Positions 1 to 8,661 of a stretch of 64,000 bases of DNA are shown here, piece by piece. The translations under genes were made by a program, and so were the position numbers. The notes below the pieces were generated by a model that was not told where the DNA came from, made no database searches, and saw nothing but the letters and a program-made list of their open reading frames with translations. Each line of letters starts with the position of its first letter. Position 1 is the first letter of the stretch. The DNA lies in NCBI GenBank assembly GCA_965222615.1, contig CBDCUI010000008.1, positions 544,001 through 608,000 on the forward strand, read 5' to 3'. The stretch is from Gammaproteobacteria bacterium. GTDB taxonomy: Bacteria > Pseudomonadota > Gammaproteobacteria > UBA4575.

Positions 1-952
1 TGAAAAATTCTCATGTACTGCAAATACATTTCAAAACATAGGTCCATGTACATCAAGTTCTGATGCAATTATTCAACTTGAAAAAACAAATTCAGGCTAT
101 TCATTGACAACTAAGAATAATCAGATTGAAGAATATGACCCAACCGGAAAACTTCTATCGATTACATCAACTACAAATGGAATTCAAAATTTAGCTTACA
201 ACTCGACGACCAACTTACTTGAATCGGTAACTGATCAATTTGGTCAATCATTATCTTTTGCATATGATGTAAATAATCGTTTAGAAACTGTTACTGATCC
301 AGATAATAATGTTTATAGTTATTCTTATGATTCTAATAATAATTTAGAAATAGTCACTTATCCTGACAATACTCCTTTAAACACTAATGATAATCCGACA
401 AGGACTTATCATTATGAAGATACAAATTTACCAAATCATCTTACGGGAATCACAGATGAAAATTCTAACCGATATGTAACTTGGGGTTACGATACCCAAG
501 GTAGGGCTATGTTCAGCGAGCATAACGGTGGTGCAGATCGAACTGACTTTACATATAACTCGAATGGAACTACTACTGTTACAGATTCCCTTGGTGCATC
601 AAATACATACTCGTATGAAATGTCAGTTGGTATTCCGCGAACAATTACAATTACTGGTGGACAGTGTGGTAGTGGCTGTTCGGGCGAAGGGCAAGCACAA
701 ACCTATGATGTCAACGGATTTCTCGCATCAAGAACCGACTTCGAAGGCAACGTCACCACATTCATAAATAACAGCCGAGGTTTACAAACTTCTCGAACCG
801 AAGCAGTAGGCACACTCGAAGAACGCACTATCACTACCGAATGGCATCCAGATTATAGACTGCCAACCAAAATCACCGAACCGGGGAAAGAAACCGAATT
901 TATCTATGACACGCAGGGCCGACTCCTGACACGTACCGAGCGGGAGATCTAG
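1..952 (+). CDS. RHS/YD-repeat protein, N-terminal half of a split RHS (5' end outside the window)
   Basis: Frame is open from base 2 through the listed TTG at 104. It has many YD repeats and ends in the RHS-type block RTITTEWHPDYRLPTKITEPG...YDTQGRLLTRTE. Confidence 0.9.
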   Translation, partial: EKFSCTANTFQNIGPCTSSSDAIIQLEKTNSGYSLTTKNNQIEEYDPTGKLLSITSTTNGIQNLAYNSTTNLLESVTDQFGQSLSFAYDVNNRLETVTDPDNNVYSYSYDSNNNLEIVTYPDNTPLNTNDNPTRTYHYEDTNLPNHLTGITDENSNRYVTWGYDTQGRAMFSEHNGGADRTDFTYNSNGTTTVTDSLGASNTYSYEMSVGIPRTITITGGQCGSGCSGEGQAQTYDVNGFLASRTDFEGNVTTFINNSRGLQTSRTEAVGTLEERTITTEWHPDYRLPTKITEPGKETEFIYDTQGRLLTRTEREI

Positions 953-1050
953 CCATGTCATATATAAGCAAAAGATTACAACAAACTTTAATGAATCAAT
1001 TATTAAATAACTTCAAACAAAAAACACAAAATCCAACGGGGAGAGACACG

Positions 1051-3789
1051 ATGGGGAACTACACCAACACACACAAGAACCATCAAGGCGCCATAGCAAT
1101 ACTGGGAATATTGCTAATCGCATTTACGTACGATGCCAATGGCAATGTGTTGACTATCGATGGGCCTCGTACTGATGTAAGTGACGTAACCACCTTTACC
1201 TATGACGCCATGGGTAATCGCGCCACCATGAGTGTGGATCCCGATGGTGCTGGGCCTGCCCCTGCGCAAGTGACGCAATTCACCAGTTATGACAACAGTG
1301 GCCGCATACTGTCCATGACCGATCCCAATGGAATAGTTACCGACATGACCTACGATGCCAGAGGACGACTCTTAACCCGCACCGTCGCTGCCGGCACAGG
1401 AAGTGCCGCCACCACAACCTTTGAATACGATGGCGTCGGCAACGTAACCAAGATTGTTCTTCCCAGTAACAACGAACTCAACTACACCTACGATGCAGCA
1501 CAACGCTTAACCAGGATTACCGATCGCCAAGGCCACTACATCCAATACACCTTAGACAATCTTGGTAATCGCACCAAAGAAGAAGTTTTTCAAAACAACG
1601 GAACTCTACGCCGCACCCAAACCAGAGTATTCGATCAACTCAGTCGTATGATCCAAAGTATCGGTGGCGAAAACCAACTCAGCGTATTTGGCTATGATGG
1701 CAACGGCAACCAAATCTCAGTCCTCGATCCACTAAACAGGAATAGCACGAGTGAATACGATGGTTTACAACGCCTAATCAAACAAACCGACCCGGATACC
1801 AATGACACACAGTATGCCTATGATGCCAGAGACAACTTAACCAGTGTTACTGATCCAAGAGGTCTCACCACCACTTACACCTACAATGGACTCGATGACT
1901 TAACCCAACTCACCAGTCCAGATACCGGTACAACAACCTATACCTACGACGATGCGGGTAATCGCACCAGTCAAACCGATGCAAGAAACATCACCACCAA
2001 CTACAAATACGATGCCTTAAACCGACTCATCCAAATCGAATATCCCGGGCAAGCCGGTCTCAATATCGATTTTATCTATGACACCATATGCGTCCATTGC
2101 AAAGGACGGTTGCGAGAAATCCAAGACAACACCGGGCGCTATGTATATGCCTACAGTCGATTGGGCGAAGTCACCCTAGCCAGAAGAGTCAGCCAAGGAC
2201 AAATCTATGATACGAGATATACCTATGACAAAGCCGGCAACAACACCAAGATTACCTATCCCTCAGGCAAAGAAATTCAATACGTCTACAACAGCATTAA
2301 AAGAGTAAAAGAAGTTAAACTAATAGATGGAGCCACCACCACAACCCTAGCCAACAACATCGTGTATCGCATGTTTGGGCCAATGCAAAAAGTAGAGTTC
2401 GGAAATGGACTCATTACAACTAGCAACTACGATATGGATTATCGACAGTTAAATAGTCGAACCTTACCCTTAATCGATTATCGATATATCTACGATGAAG
2501 CCAACAACATCACCAGTTGGCGCAACATTGCGAATACAAGTGAGAACCAAGACTTTATCTACGACAATCTCGATCGACTCACCAGTGCCGATGGCAACTA
2601 TGGACTCATCAACTACACCTACGATGCCGTGGGGAATCGACTCACCAAAACCGACAATGGCAATACCGACACCTATGCCTACAAACCCACAAGACATCAT
2701 CTCGATGACATTACCGATGCCAATAGTGTAGTAACAGACTACAATCACACCGCAGCGGGAAGCATCAACAGAATAGGAACGGATACCTATGGCTATAGCA
2801 AAACCGGCAGGATGGCCAATGCGATAATAGGAGGAATAAAGACTACATACCGATATGATGGCAAAGGGCAGAGAACCTTAAAAACCGAAGATGCCACCGG
2901 CAACAAAACCCTGTATCACTATGATGAAGCAGGACAACTCATAGCAGAAACCCAAGCAGATGGCACCACGATACGAGAATACATCTATCTGAATGGCCAA
3001 CCGATCGCGATGCTAGAGAACAACAACCTCTACTACTATCATTTGGATCATCTCGGCACACCACAAATGATGACCGATGCCACCCAAACAGTAGTATGGC
3101 AAGCTAATTATGATCCGTTTGGAAATGCAACAGTTGCAGTGAATACAGTTACTAATAATATTCGTTTTCCCTCACAGTATTTTGATTCGGAAACTGGACT
3201 ACACTACAACATTCTAAGGGACTATGATCCAGGTACAGGTAGGTATATGCAAAGCGATAGCATTGGGTTAACCGGCGGTCTTAATACATATTTGTATGCA
3301 CTTGCGAATTCAACGCGTTATATTGATTTAGATGGAGCAATGCCATGTGAGCGAGGCGATTATCCTTGTTTGAATAGCATGGGTGGGTTTTTTAATCCTA
3401 AGGCATTCCCACAAAGAGGACATCGAGGTATTTTCCCAGGAGGTGGACCTTTAGAACACCACAATCGAAATGTTAATCAAACATGTCCTCCAAAAAACCC
3501 GTGTGATACCACAAACAACAATCAATGCCAGGAATCGAATTGTAAGGATTGGGTGTTTGAAGGAAGACCAGGGCTACATTGTAGCTACAAGACATATCGA
3601 GGCGTATCAAGTTCTAACCAAGGTTTCCAATGTTCATATGATGAAACTGGAAATCTAGTTACAGATTCACGTTGTGCAGGAACGTTTGACTTTAGTCCTC
3701 CCTATGATGAGTTCGGGAAGCCGACTCCAAATAGAGTAGGTAAGCATTTTAGTAAAGATGTTATACCTTTTTTATTATTCGGAAATTAG
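1051..3789 (+). CDS. RHS repeat-associated core protein with C-terminal toxin-like tip (ORF open from 955; ATG 1051 preferred)
   Basis: YD repeats and RHS core motifs HLDHLGTP, YDPFG, GLHYN..RDYDP.TGRY. A GGAGAG RBS precedes ATG 1051. A ~150 aa variable tail follows IDLDG. Confidence 0.92.
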   Translation: MGNYTNTHKNHQGAIAILGILLIAFTYDANGNVLTIDGPRTDVSDVTTFTYDAMGNRATMSVDPDGAGPAPAQVTQFTSYDNSGRILSMTDPNGIVTDMTYDARGRLLTRTVAAGTGSAATTTFEYDGVGNVTKIVLPSNNELNYTYDAAQRLTRITDRQGHYIQYTLDNLGNRTKEEVFQNNGTLRRTQTRVFDQLSRMIQSIGGENQLSVFGYDGNGNQISVLDPLNRNSTSEYDGLQRLIKQTDPDTNDTQYAYDARDNLTSVTDPRGLTTTYTYNGLDDLTQLTSPDTGTTTYTYDDAGNRTSQTDARNITTNYKYDALNRLIQIEYPGQAGLNIDFIYDTICVHCKGRLREIQDNTGRYVYAYSRLGEVTLARRVSQGQIYDTRYTYDKAGNNTKITYPSGKEIQYVYNSIKRVKEVKLIDGATTTTLANNIVYRMFGPMQKVEFGNGLITTSNYDMDYRQLNSRTLPLIDYRYIYDEANNITSWRNIANTSENQDFIYDNLDRLTSADGNYGLINYTYDAVGNRLTKTDNGNTDTYAYKPTRHHLDDITDANSVVTDYNHTAAGSINRIGTDTYGYSKTGRMANAIIGGIKTTYRYDGKGQRTLKTEDATGNKTLYHYDEAGQLIAETQADGTTIREYIYLNGQPIAMLENNNLYYYHLDHLGTPQMMTDATQTVVWQANYDPFGNATVAVNTVTNNIRFPSQYFDSETGLHYNILRDYDPGTGRYMQSDSIGLTGGLNTYLYALANSTRYIDLDGAMPCERGDYPCLNSMGGFFNPKAFPQRGHRGIFPGGGPLEHHNRNVNQTCPPKNPCDTTNNNQCQESNCKDWVFEGRPGLHCSYKTYRGVSSSNQGFQCSYDETGNLVTDSRCAGTFDFSPPYDEFGKPTPNRVGKHFSKDVIPFLLFGN

Positions 3790-3795
3790 TATTTA

Positions 3796-4095
3796 TTGAA
3801 GTTACATACTGATATGACTTCATTTATTACAGGCTTATTAGTGTGGGGTATTGCTATTTACGCCCTAAATCCATGGAAAGTATTGGAAGAAAATTCTAAT
3901 AACACTTCATTCCAGACGAATATTATTCTTTTGGTAGTTATATTACTCTCTATATTTGGAATTTTTATGGGCACTTATGCAATAAGAAAAGAGGCCTCAA
4001 GTAAAGCAATTGCTATTATAGGAATGGTGCTTAATGGTGCGTTTTTTTCCTTCTGCGTTATAGGTTTATTAATTGCGCTATTTGGGTCTGTGTAA
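3796..4095 (+). CDS. Small 3-TM membrane protein, putative cognate immunity protein
   Basis: Starts 6 bp after the RHS stop, is AT-rich and has three hydrophobic segments. Immunity role inferred from position. Confidence 0.6.
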   Translation: MKLHTDMTSFITGLLVWGIAIYALNPWKVLEENSNNTSFQTNIILLVVILLSIFGIFMGTYAIRKEASSKAIAIIGMVLNGAFFSFCVIGLLIALFGSV

Positions 4096-4327
4096 GATTT
4101 CCTGGCCAGTATTACGACCAGGAGACGGGCGCACACTATAACTATCATAGATACTACGACCCAGAATTAGGTAGATATAGAGAAGCAGATCCATTATTGC
4201 AACCAAATCGATTTTTAACAGATGATTTTGCGTTTTATGTTCCAGACTTGATTCAAGTATCTGCCTCGTGGCTACATCCTTACTCATATGTGACTTCCCG
4301 ACCAATTACTTTAACTGACCTAGCCCG

Positions 4328-5431
4328 GGCAGATTCTAGATCCAAGTGCACCACTAACTTAAGTGGCAGGACATGAATTCTTATCCAAGTAAAATGAGGT
4401 TTTCGAGATCTTATTTTAGCAGGAGGGATTCATGTCCTACGTACATGTTAGCGCAAAAGAACGTCATACATTAATGTATTTGTTGCATCTTCGTTTCAGT
4501 TATCGAGAGATTGGACGTCGATTAGGCCGTCATCACAGCACCATCTCAAGAGAAGTCAAACGTAATGGTCGCAGGTCTGGTTGGAGTTATTGGGATGAAT
4601 ACGCGCAGTGCCAAGCGCAACAGCGTAAACGTCAGCCTCGTCATCGGAGAAGACGAGATCATCAAACACTCTATAACAAGGTCATCGCGTACTTACGCCA
4701 AGGCTGGTCCCCGGATGCCATCAGTGGCTGGTTGCGCAGACATTACAAGAAGCGTTCTCGCGTACAGGTCTGCACAGAAACGATTTATCAGTGGATCTAT
4801 TGTGATGCCCAAACAGGCGGCACGTTATATCACTATTTAGCCTCGCAGCATAAGAAGCGCAAACGACAGCCTTTGAATAGGCTCAAAACGATCGGCATTT
4901 CACATCGAGTAGGGATTGAACATCGTCCTGATCATATTGAAAAAAGACAACGACTAGGCCATTGGGAAGGCGATACGGTGGAAGGGGCCAAAGGCTGTGG
5001 CGGTGTGGTGACCTTAGTCGAACGTAAAAGCCGGTTTCTTCTTGCAGGTTTGCTTAAAGACAAACAAGCCCTCACCTTTAGTCAAGTTTCACAACAAGCA
5101 CTTAAAAACATTCCAAGTACACTATGCAAAACATTGACCTTGGACAATGGGAAAGAAAATGTCCTGCATCAACAAATCAGCCAATCAAAAAAGATGAAGA
5201 TCTATTTCACCGATCCGTATTCACCTTGGCAACGCGGTACCAATGAACAAACCAATGGTTTATTGAGAAGAACCTTTCCTAAAGGAACTGATTTTCGTAA
5301 AGTATCTAAACAACAACTTAAAAAAGCCGTTAAACGCATTAATCAACGACCTCGTAAAATACTCAACTACTTAACACCTGAGGAAGTTTTTATGAATGCC
5401 GTGAATGGTGCACTTTGAATTGGAACTCGCC
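4328..5431 (+). mobile_element. IS30-family insertion sequence
   Basis: Imperfect 28 bp terminal inverted repeats GGCAGATTCTAGATCCAAGTGCACCACT (4328-4355) and AATGGTGCACTTTGAATTGGAACTCGCC (5404-5431) flank an IS30 transposase. Confidence 0.9.
4432..5418 (+). CDS. IS30-family DDE transposase
   Basis: N-terminal HTH (LGRHHSTISREVKRN) and the motifs GHWEGDTV, TLDNGKE, PWQRGTNEQTNGLLR, RPRKILNYLTPEE. Confidence 0.95.
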   Translation: MSYVHVSAKERHTLMYLLHLRFSYREIGRRLGRHHSTISREVKRNGRRSGWSYWDEYAQCQAQQRKRQPRHRRRRDHQTLYNKVIAYLRQGWSPDAISGWLRRHYKKRSRVQVCTETIYQWIYCDAQTGGTLYHYLASQHKKRKRQPLNRLKTIGISHRVGIEHRPDHIEKRQRLGHWEGDTVEGAKGCGGVVTLVERKSRFLLAGLLKDKQALTFSQVSQQALKNIPSTLCKTLTLDNGKENVLHQQISQSKKMKIYFTDPYSPWQRGTNEQTNGLLRRTFPKGTDFRKVSKQQLKKAVKRINQRPRKILNYLTPEEVFMNAVNGAL

Positions 5432-5465
5432 TGAGGTTTTATGAATAAAGAAAGAGGGTTGTTCA

Positions 5466-6158
5466 ATGCCCCGCAAACCACGATTTTATCTCAAAGGAGT
5501 GCCCTGTCACATCGTACAGCGAGGCAATAATCGAGAGCCCATCTACTTTGAAAAAGAAGACTATCTTTCCTATTTAGAATGGTTAGAAGAAGCTCTAATA
5601 CGCTATGAATGTGAGATACATGCCTATGTGCTCATGACCAATCACGTCCATCTTCTTATTACCCCGAATACCAAGAAAGGCATCAGCCAAACCATGCAAT
5701 ATGTAGGCAGACACTATGTACCCTATATAAATCATATGTATGGAAGGAGCGGAACCTTATGGGAAGGACGATATAAAGCCAGTTTGATAGAAAGTGAAAG
5801 CTACTTACTCACCTGTATGCGCTATATCGAACTTAACCCCGTGCGTGCCAACATGGTAAAAAGTCCAGGACAATATAAATGGTCCAGCTACCAAAGCAAT
5901 GCAACGCAAAAAGAAGACCCGCTACTTACTCAACACCCCAAATACAAAGCATTAGGAAGAACGAAACAACAACGAAAGCATGCATATAGAGAACTGTTTC
6001 GACACCACATCGATGACAAAGATTTACATAACATACGAGAGTGTTGGCAAAGTGGCACGCCCTTGGGGAATGATCGTTTTCGAGCCAAGATTGAGCAACG
6101 ACTGAAAACCAAAGTAGGCCAAACTCAGCGTGGAAGACCAAGGAAAACCACTGTCTAA
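5466..6158 (+). CDS. REP-associated tyrosine transposase (RAYT / Y1 HUH family)
   Basis: MPRKPR...HIVQRGNNR, HUH motif AYVLMTNHVH, RYIELNPVRA, WSSY. Confidence 0.9.
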   Translation: MPRKPRFYLKGVPCHIVQRGNNREPIYFEKEDYLSYLEWLEEALIRYECEIHAYVLMTNHVHLLITPNTKKGISQTMQYVGRHYVPYINHMYGRSGTLWEGRYKASLIESESYLLTCMRYIELNPVRANMVKSPGQYKWSSYQSNATQKEDPLLTQHPKYKALGRTKQQRKHAYRELFRHHIDDKDLHNIRECWQSGTPLGNDRFRAKIEQRLKTKVGQTQRGRPRKTTV

Positions 6159-6230
6159 ATAACGCTCCTAAAAACAAAAAAGAACCAGGCTAGAGGTGTG
6201 GTGTTGATTATTATGCGGTTAGTTAGTATA

Positions 6231-6245
6231 TACGCCAATGGCGTA
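6231..6245 (+). promoter_or_regulatory. Palindromic operator, probable antitoxin autorepression site
   Basis: Perfect 7-1-7 inverted repeat TACGCCA-A-TGGCGTA, 11 bp upstream of the TA operon ATG at 6257. Confidence 0.65.
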
Positions 6246-6256
6246 CAATAATAGCA

Positions 6257-6587
6257 ATGGTTATCATTGAAACCTACATCTTTACACGCATCATTCGTGA
6301 ATTGATGGATGACGAAAACTATGCGCAGTTAACAGTTACAAGAGTTGTTGGCCCAGCAACCTGACAAAGGCGATGTCATCCGTGGTAGTGGTGGCTTGCG
6401 CAAAGTGCGTTGGAAAGTAGAAGGTAAAGGTAAGTGTGGCGGGGTACGAATCATCTATTACTGGGTTAGTGCAGATGATCAAATATGGATGCTGTATGGA
6501 TATGCGAAAACAAGTCAGGAAGACTTAAGCAAAGAGCAGCTAAAAGCTTTACGTGAAATCGTAACGAGGTGGAAACATGAACGATAA
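6257..6587 (+). pseudogene. higB: HigB/RelE-family toxin, frameshifted
   Basis: MVIIETYIFTRIIRELMDDENYAQL joins QELLAQQPDKGDVIRGSGGLRKVRW...GGVRIIYY once a 7 bp insertion (CAGTTA-A-CAGTTA, 6326-6338) is removed. Confidence 0.85.
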
Positions 6588-6882
6588 AATGTTTAATGAA
6601 CTACTAAAAAGTGTACAAGAGATGGATCAGATTTCCAAAGGTAAAAAACGTGCTTCACGTCGTTTTACAATTAAAGCCCCTCAAGTGAAACGCATCCGTG
6701 AAAGGACTGGTTTATCACAAGCACATTTTGCAAGACTCATTGGAGTGAGTAAACGTACTTTGGAAAATTGGGAACAGGAACGAAGGCAACCTACAGGGCC
6801 AGCGCGAGCGTTATTAAAAATTTTGGAATCAGACCCAGAAGGGGCAGTGCAAGCCTTACATAGTTCATCACAAGGGCTCTGA
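6577..6882 (+). CDS. higA: HigA-type XRE HTH antitoxin
   Basis: GLSQAHFARLIGVSKRTLENWEQERRQPTGPARALL; overlaps the toxin stop. Confidence 0.85.
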   Translation: MNDKMFNELLKSVQEMDQISKGKKRASRRFTIKAPQVKRIRERTGLSQAHFARLIGVSKRTLENWEQERRQPTGPARALLKILESDPEGAVQALHSSSQGL

Positions 6883-6968
6883 CTTCTTTTCAGCTTCTTT
6901 TCCAGGGTAAAGCAAACAGATCGATTATCCAGTACACTATTCTATAGCAATTTAAATGAGGTAAGGCT

Positions 6969-7157
6969 ATGCAAACTGCGAAACAAGAAGTAGAAGCGAT
7001 GCTACAGCATCTACCTGATGAAAGTACGATAGAAGATATTCAATATCATCTGTATGTATTGGAAAAGATCAAGCGAGGGCAAAATGACATTGCTGATGGC
7101 AAGAGCTGTAGTCACGAACAAGCAAAACAACGACTAAGTCGATGGCTCAATTTATAA
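6969..7157 (+). CDS. Small antitoxin (type II TA)
   Basis: 62 aa with LPDESTIEDIQYHLYVLEKIKRG; overlaps the downstream ParE/RelE gene. Confidence 0.75.
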   Translation: MQTAKQEVEAMLQHLPDESTIEDIQYHLYVLEKIKRGQNDIADGKSCSHEQAKQRLSRWLNL

Positions 7158-7450
7158 CGTGGTCGGATGAATCCTTATCAGATATCGAAAGTATTGCTGA
7201 ATTTATCAGTCGTGATTCCATACACCATGCACAACGCGTCATCGATGAAATTATACATATTGTTGAAACGCTTCAGAGTCAACCTAAGATGGGCCGTGTA
7301 GTTCCTGAATTAAAACAAGAACAGATACGAGAACATTTTATTTATAGTTATCGAATTATTTATGAAATTAAAGATGAGCAGTTGTATATCTTAGCTGTCA
7401 TTCACGGTAGACGGTTATTGGAAAATATAGAAGAACGATTTAAAATATAA
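7142..7450 (+). CDS. RelE/ParE-family toxin
   Basis: WSDESLSDIESIAEFI, PKMGRVVPE, YRIIYEI, ILAVIHGRR. Confidence 0.88.
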   Translation: MAQFITWSDESLSDIESIAEFISRDSIHHAQRVIDEIIHIVETLQSQPKMGRVVPELKQEQIREHFIYSYRIIYEIKDEQLYILAVIHGRRLLENIEERFKI

Positions 7451-7564
7451 CAAAACCTAAACTTGGTAGGAGTGCGTGTAACTTAGCTTGCAATCCTCGC
7501 CTATGGCCAACAAGCTGTGCGCTATGCTTATGGCCAGAATTAATCCCAGTTCAGATATAACTTT

Positions 7565-8272
7565 TTATTTCAACCCAAAATGCGGCAGGATGATTTGTAA
7601 ATATAAATCTGCAATCTTTTGATGGCCATCATTATTGGGGTGAAAGCCATCCTTTTTACTTACTAACATATCTCCAGGGGCGGCTTTGAAGAAATCTACA
7701 ATGGGGACTTTATATTTTTGTGCTTGGCGTGTAATCGCTTGGTTAAATGCGGTTACTCGTTCTAAGGTAACATCTCGGTCCGGATCTTCGCGAAATTTTT
7801 TAATTTGAGTTAGATCCGGAAGATTCATGATTACAATATATGCATTGCTTTCGCTGCGTAGGCGTGCCAGCATACTTTCAAGGTCTTCTTCAAATTCACC
7901 AGCGTCATTACCGCCGATTAAATCATTTGCCCCTGTCCAGATGGTGACTAAGTCAATATCTTTGTCCCGTTTTAGTGCCGCTTTTGCGGTTTTCTTAATT
8001 GCGGGAATGTCGGCAGTGGGAATACCTAGGTTTAATAAGTTTACTTTGCGGCCGCGATCTTCAAATCCATCCTTAATACGGTAGACATAACCTCTTGTAA
8101 TCGGGCTCGCTCCAATGCCAAAGGCATCACTCGCACCCAGTGCGACATAATTTACAGGTGGGAGGACATTTGCGGGACCTTCTTTTATGTCATCGTCATC
8201 TGAAGATGAGGCACAACTGATAACTGCTAAAATTGCAAATAGATAAATGAATATATGGATAAGTTTTTTCAT
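7565..8272 (-). CDS. SGNH/GDSL hydrolase lipoprotein
   Basis: Lipobox VISC, block I LGAS, block III GAND, block V DGFHPN. Confidence 0.85.
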   Translation of the reverse strand: MKKLIHIFIYLFAILAVISCASSSDDDDIKEGPANVLPPVNYVALGASDAFGIGASPITRGYVYRIKDGFEDRGRKVNLLNLGIPTADIPAIKKTAKAALKRDKDIDLVTIWTGANDLIGGNDAGEFEEDLESMLARLRSESNAYIVIMNLPDLTQIKKFREDPDRDVTLERVTAFNQAITRQAQKYKVPIVDFFKAAPGDMLVSKKDGFHPNNDGHQKIADLYLQIILPHFGLK

Positions 8273-8449
8273 AATTAATTGTCAGGTTATGTATGGGCTA
8301 TTGTATAAGTAACCGACCGAAGCGTGACTTATTAAATAGATTAGTGAGATTGCCCCTTTGCTAGTATGTATTTGTATTGTGCATATATTTGAATCCCTTG
8401 TCATGTTAGAAAGTGTAAATTTTGCTATTACCACTTGGATTTACACTCA

Positions 8450-8620
8450 TCAGCATTTTCTGACGATAGCTACGGGTTTGTGTGTGAGGTTTTAGCAAAA
8501 AAACATGTCGCATTTATACCGGGAACTGACTTTACAGCAAGCCGGGCAATATAATGCATGCGATTTGTCGATACTACCAGTCCAGAAAATCTGAAAGTTG
8601 GTATTGAAAAATTAGCTAGC
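8450..8620 (+). pseudogene. C-terminal remnant of a PLP-dependent class I/II aminotransferase
   Basis: Translates SAFSDDSYGFVCEVLAKKHVAFIPGTDFTASRAI*CMRFVDTTSPENLKVGIEKLA, matching the VAxxPGxDF...RF...L..G.E.L tail pattern, with an internal stop and no 5' part. Confidence 0.6.
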
Positions 8621-8661
8621 ATAAAGTTAGAAAACATCTTTATAGCTTTGCAAAGGAATAA

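Noticed and set aside
955-1050. ATG 955 as the start of the second RHS gene
   Set aside because: The sequence is low-complexity and non-RHS; ATG 1051 has a clear RBS and places the hydrophobic leader at the N-terminus. Not fully excluded.
4078-4305. Minus-strand 75 aa ORF, plus the many short antisense or overlapping ORFs inside long genes
   Set aside because: No recognisable motifs or RBS; most are shadow ORFs of well-supported genes.
7455-7540. GTAGGAGTGCG as a REP for the nearby RAYT
   Set aside because: No convincing palindrome or inverted second copy.
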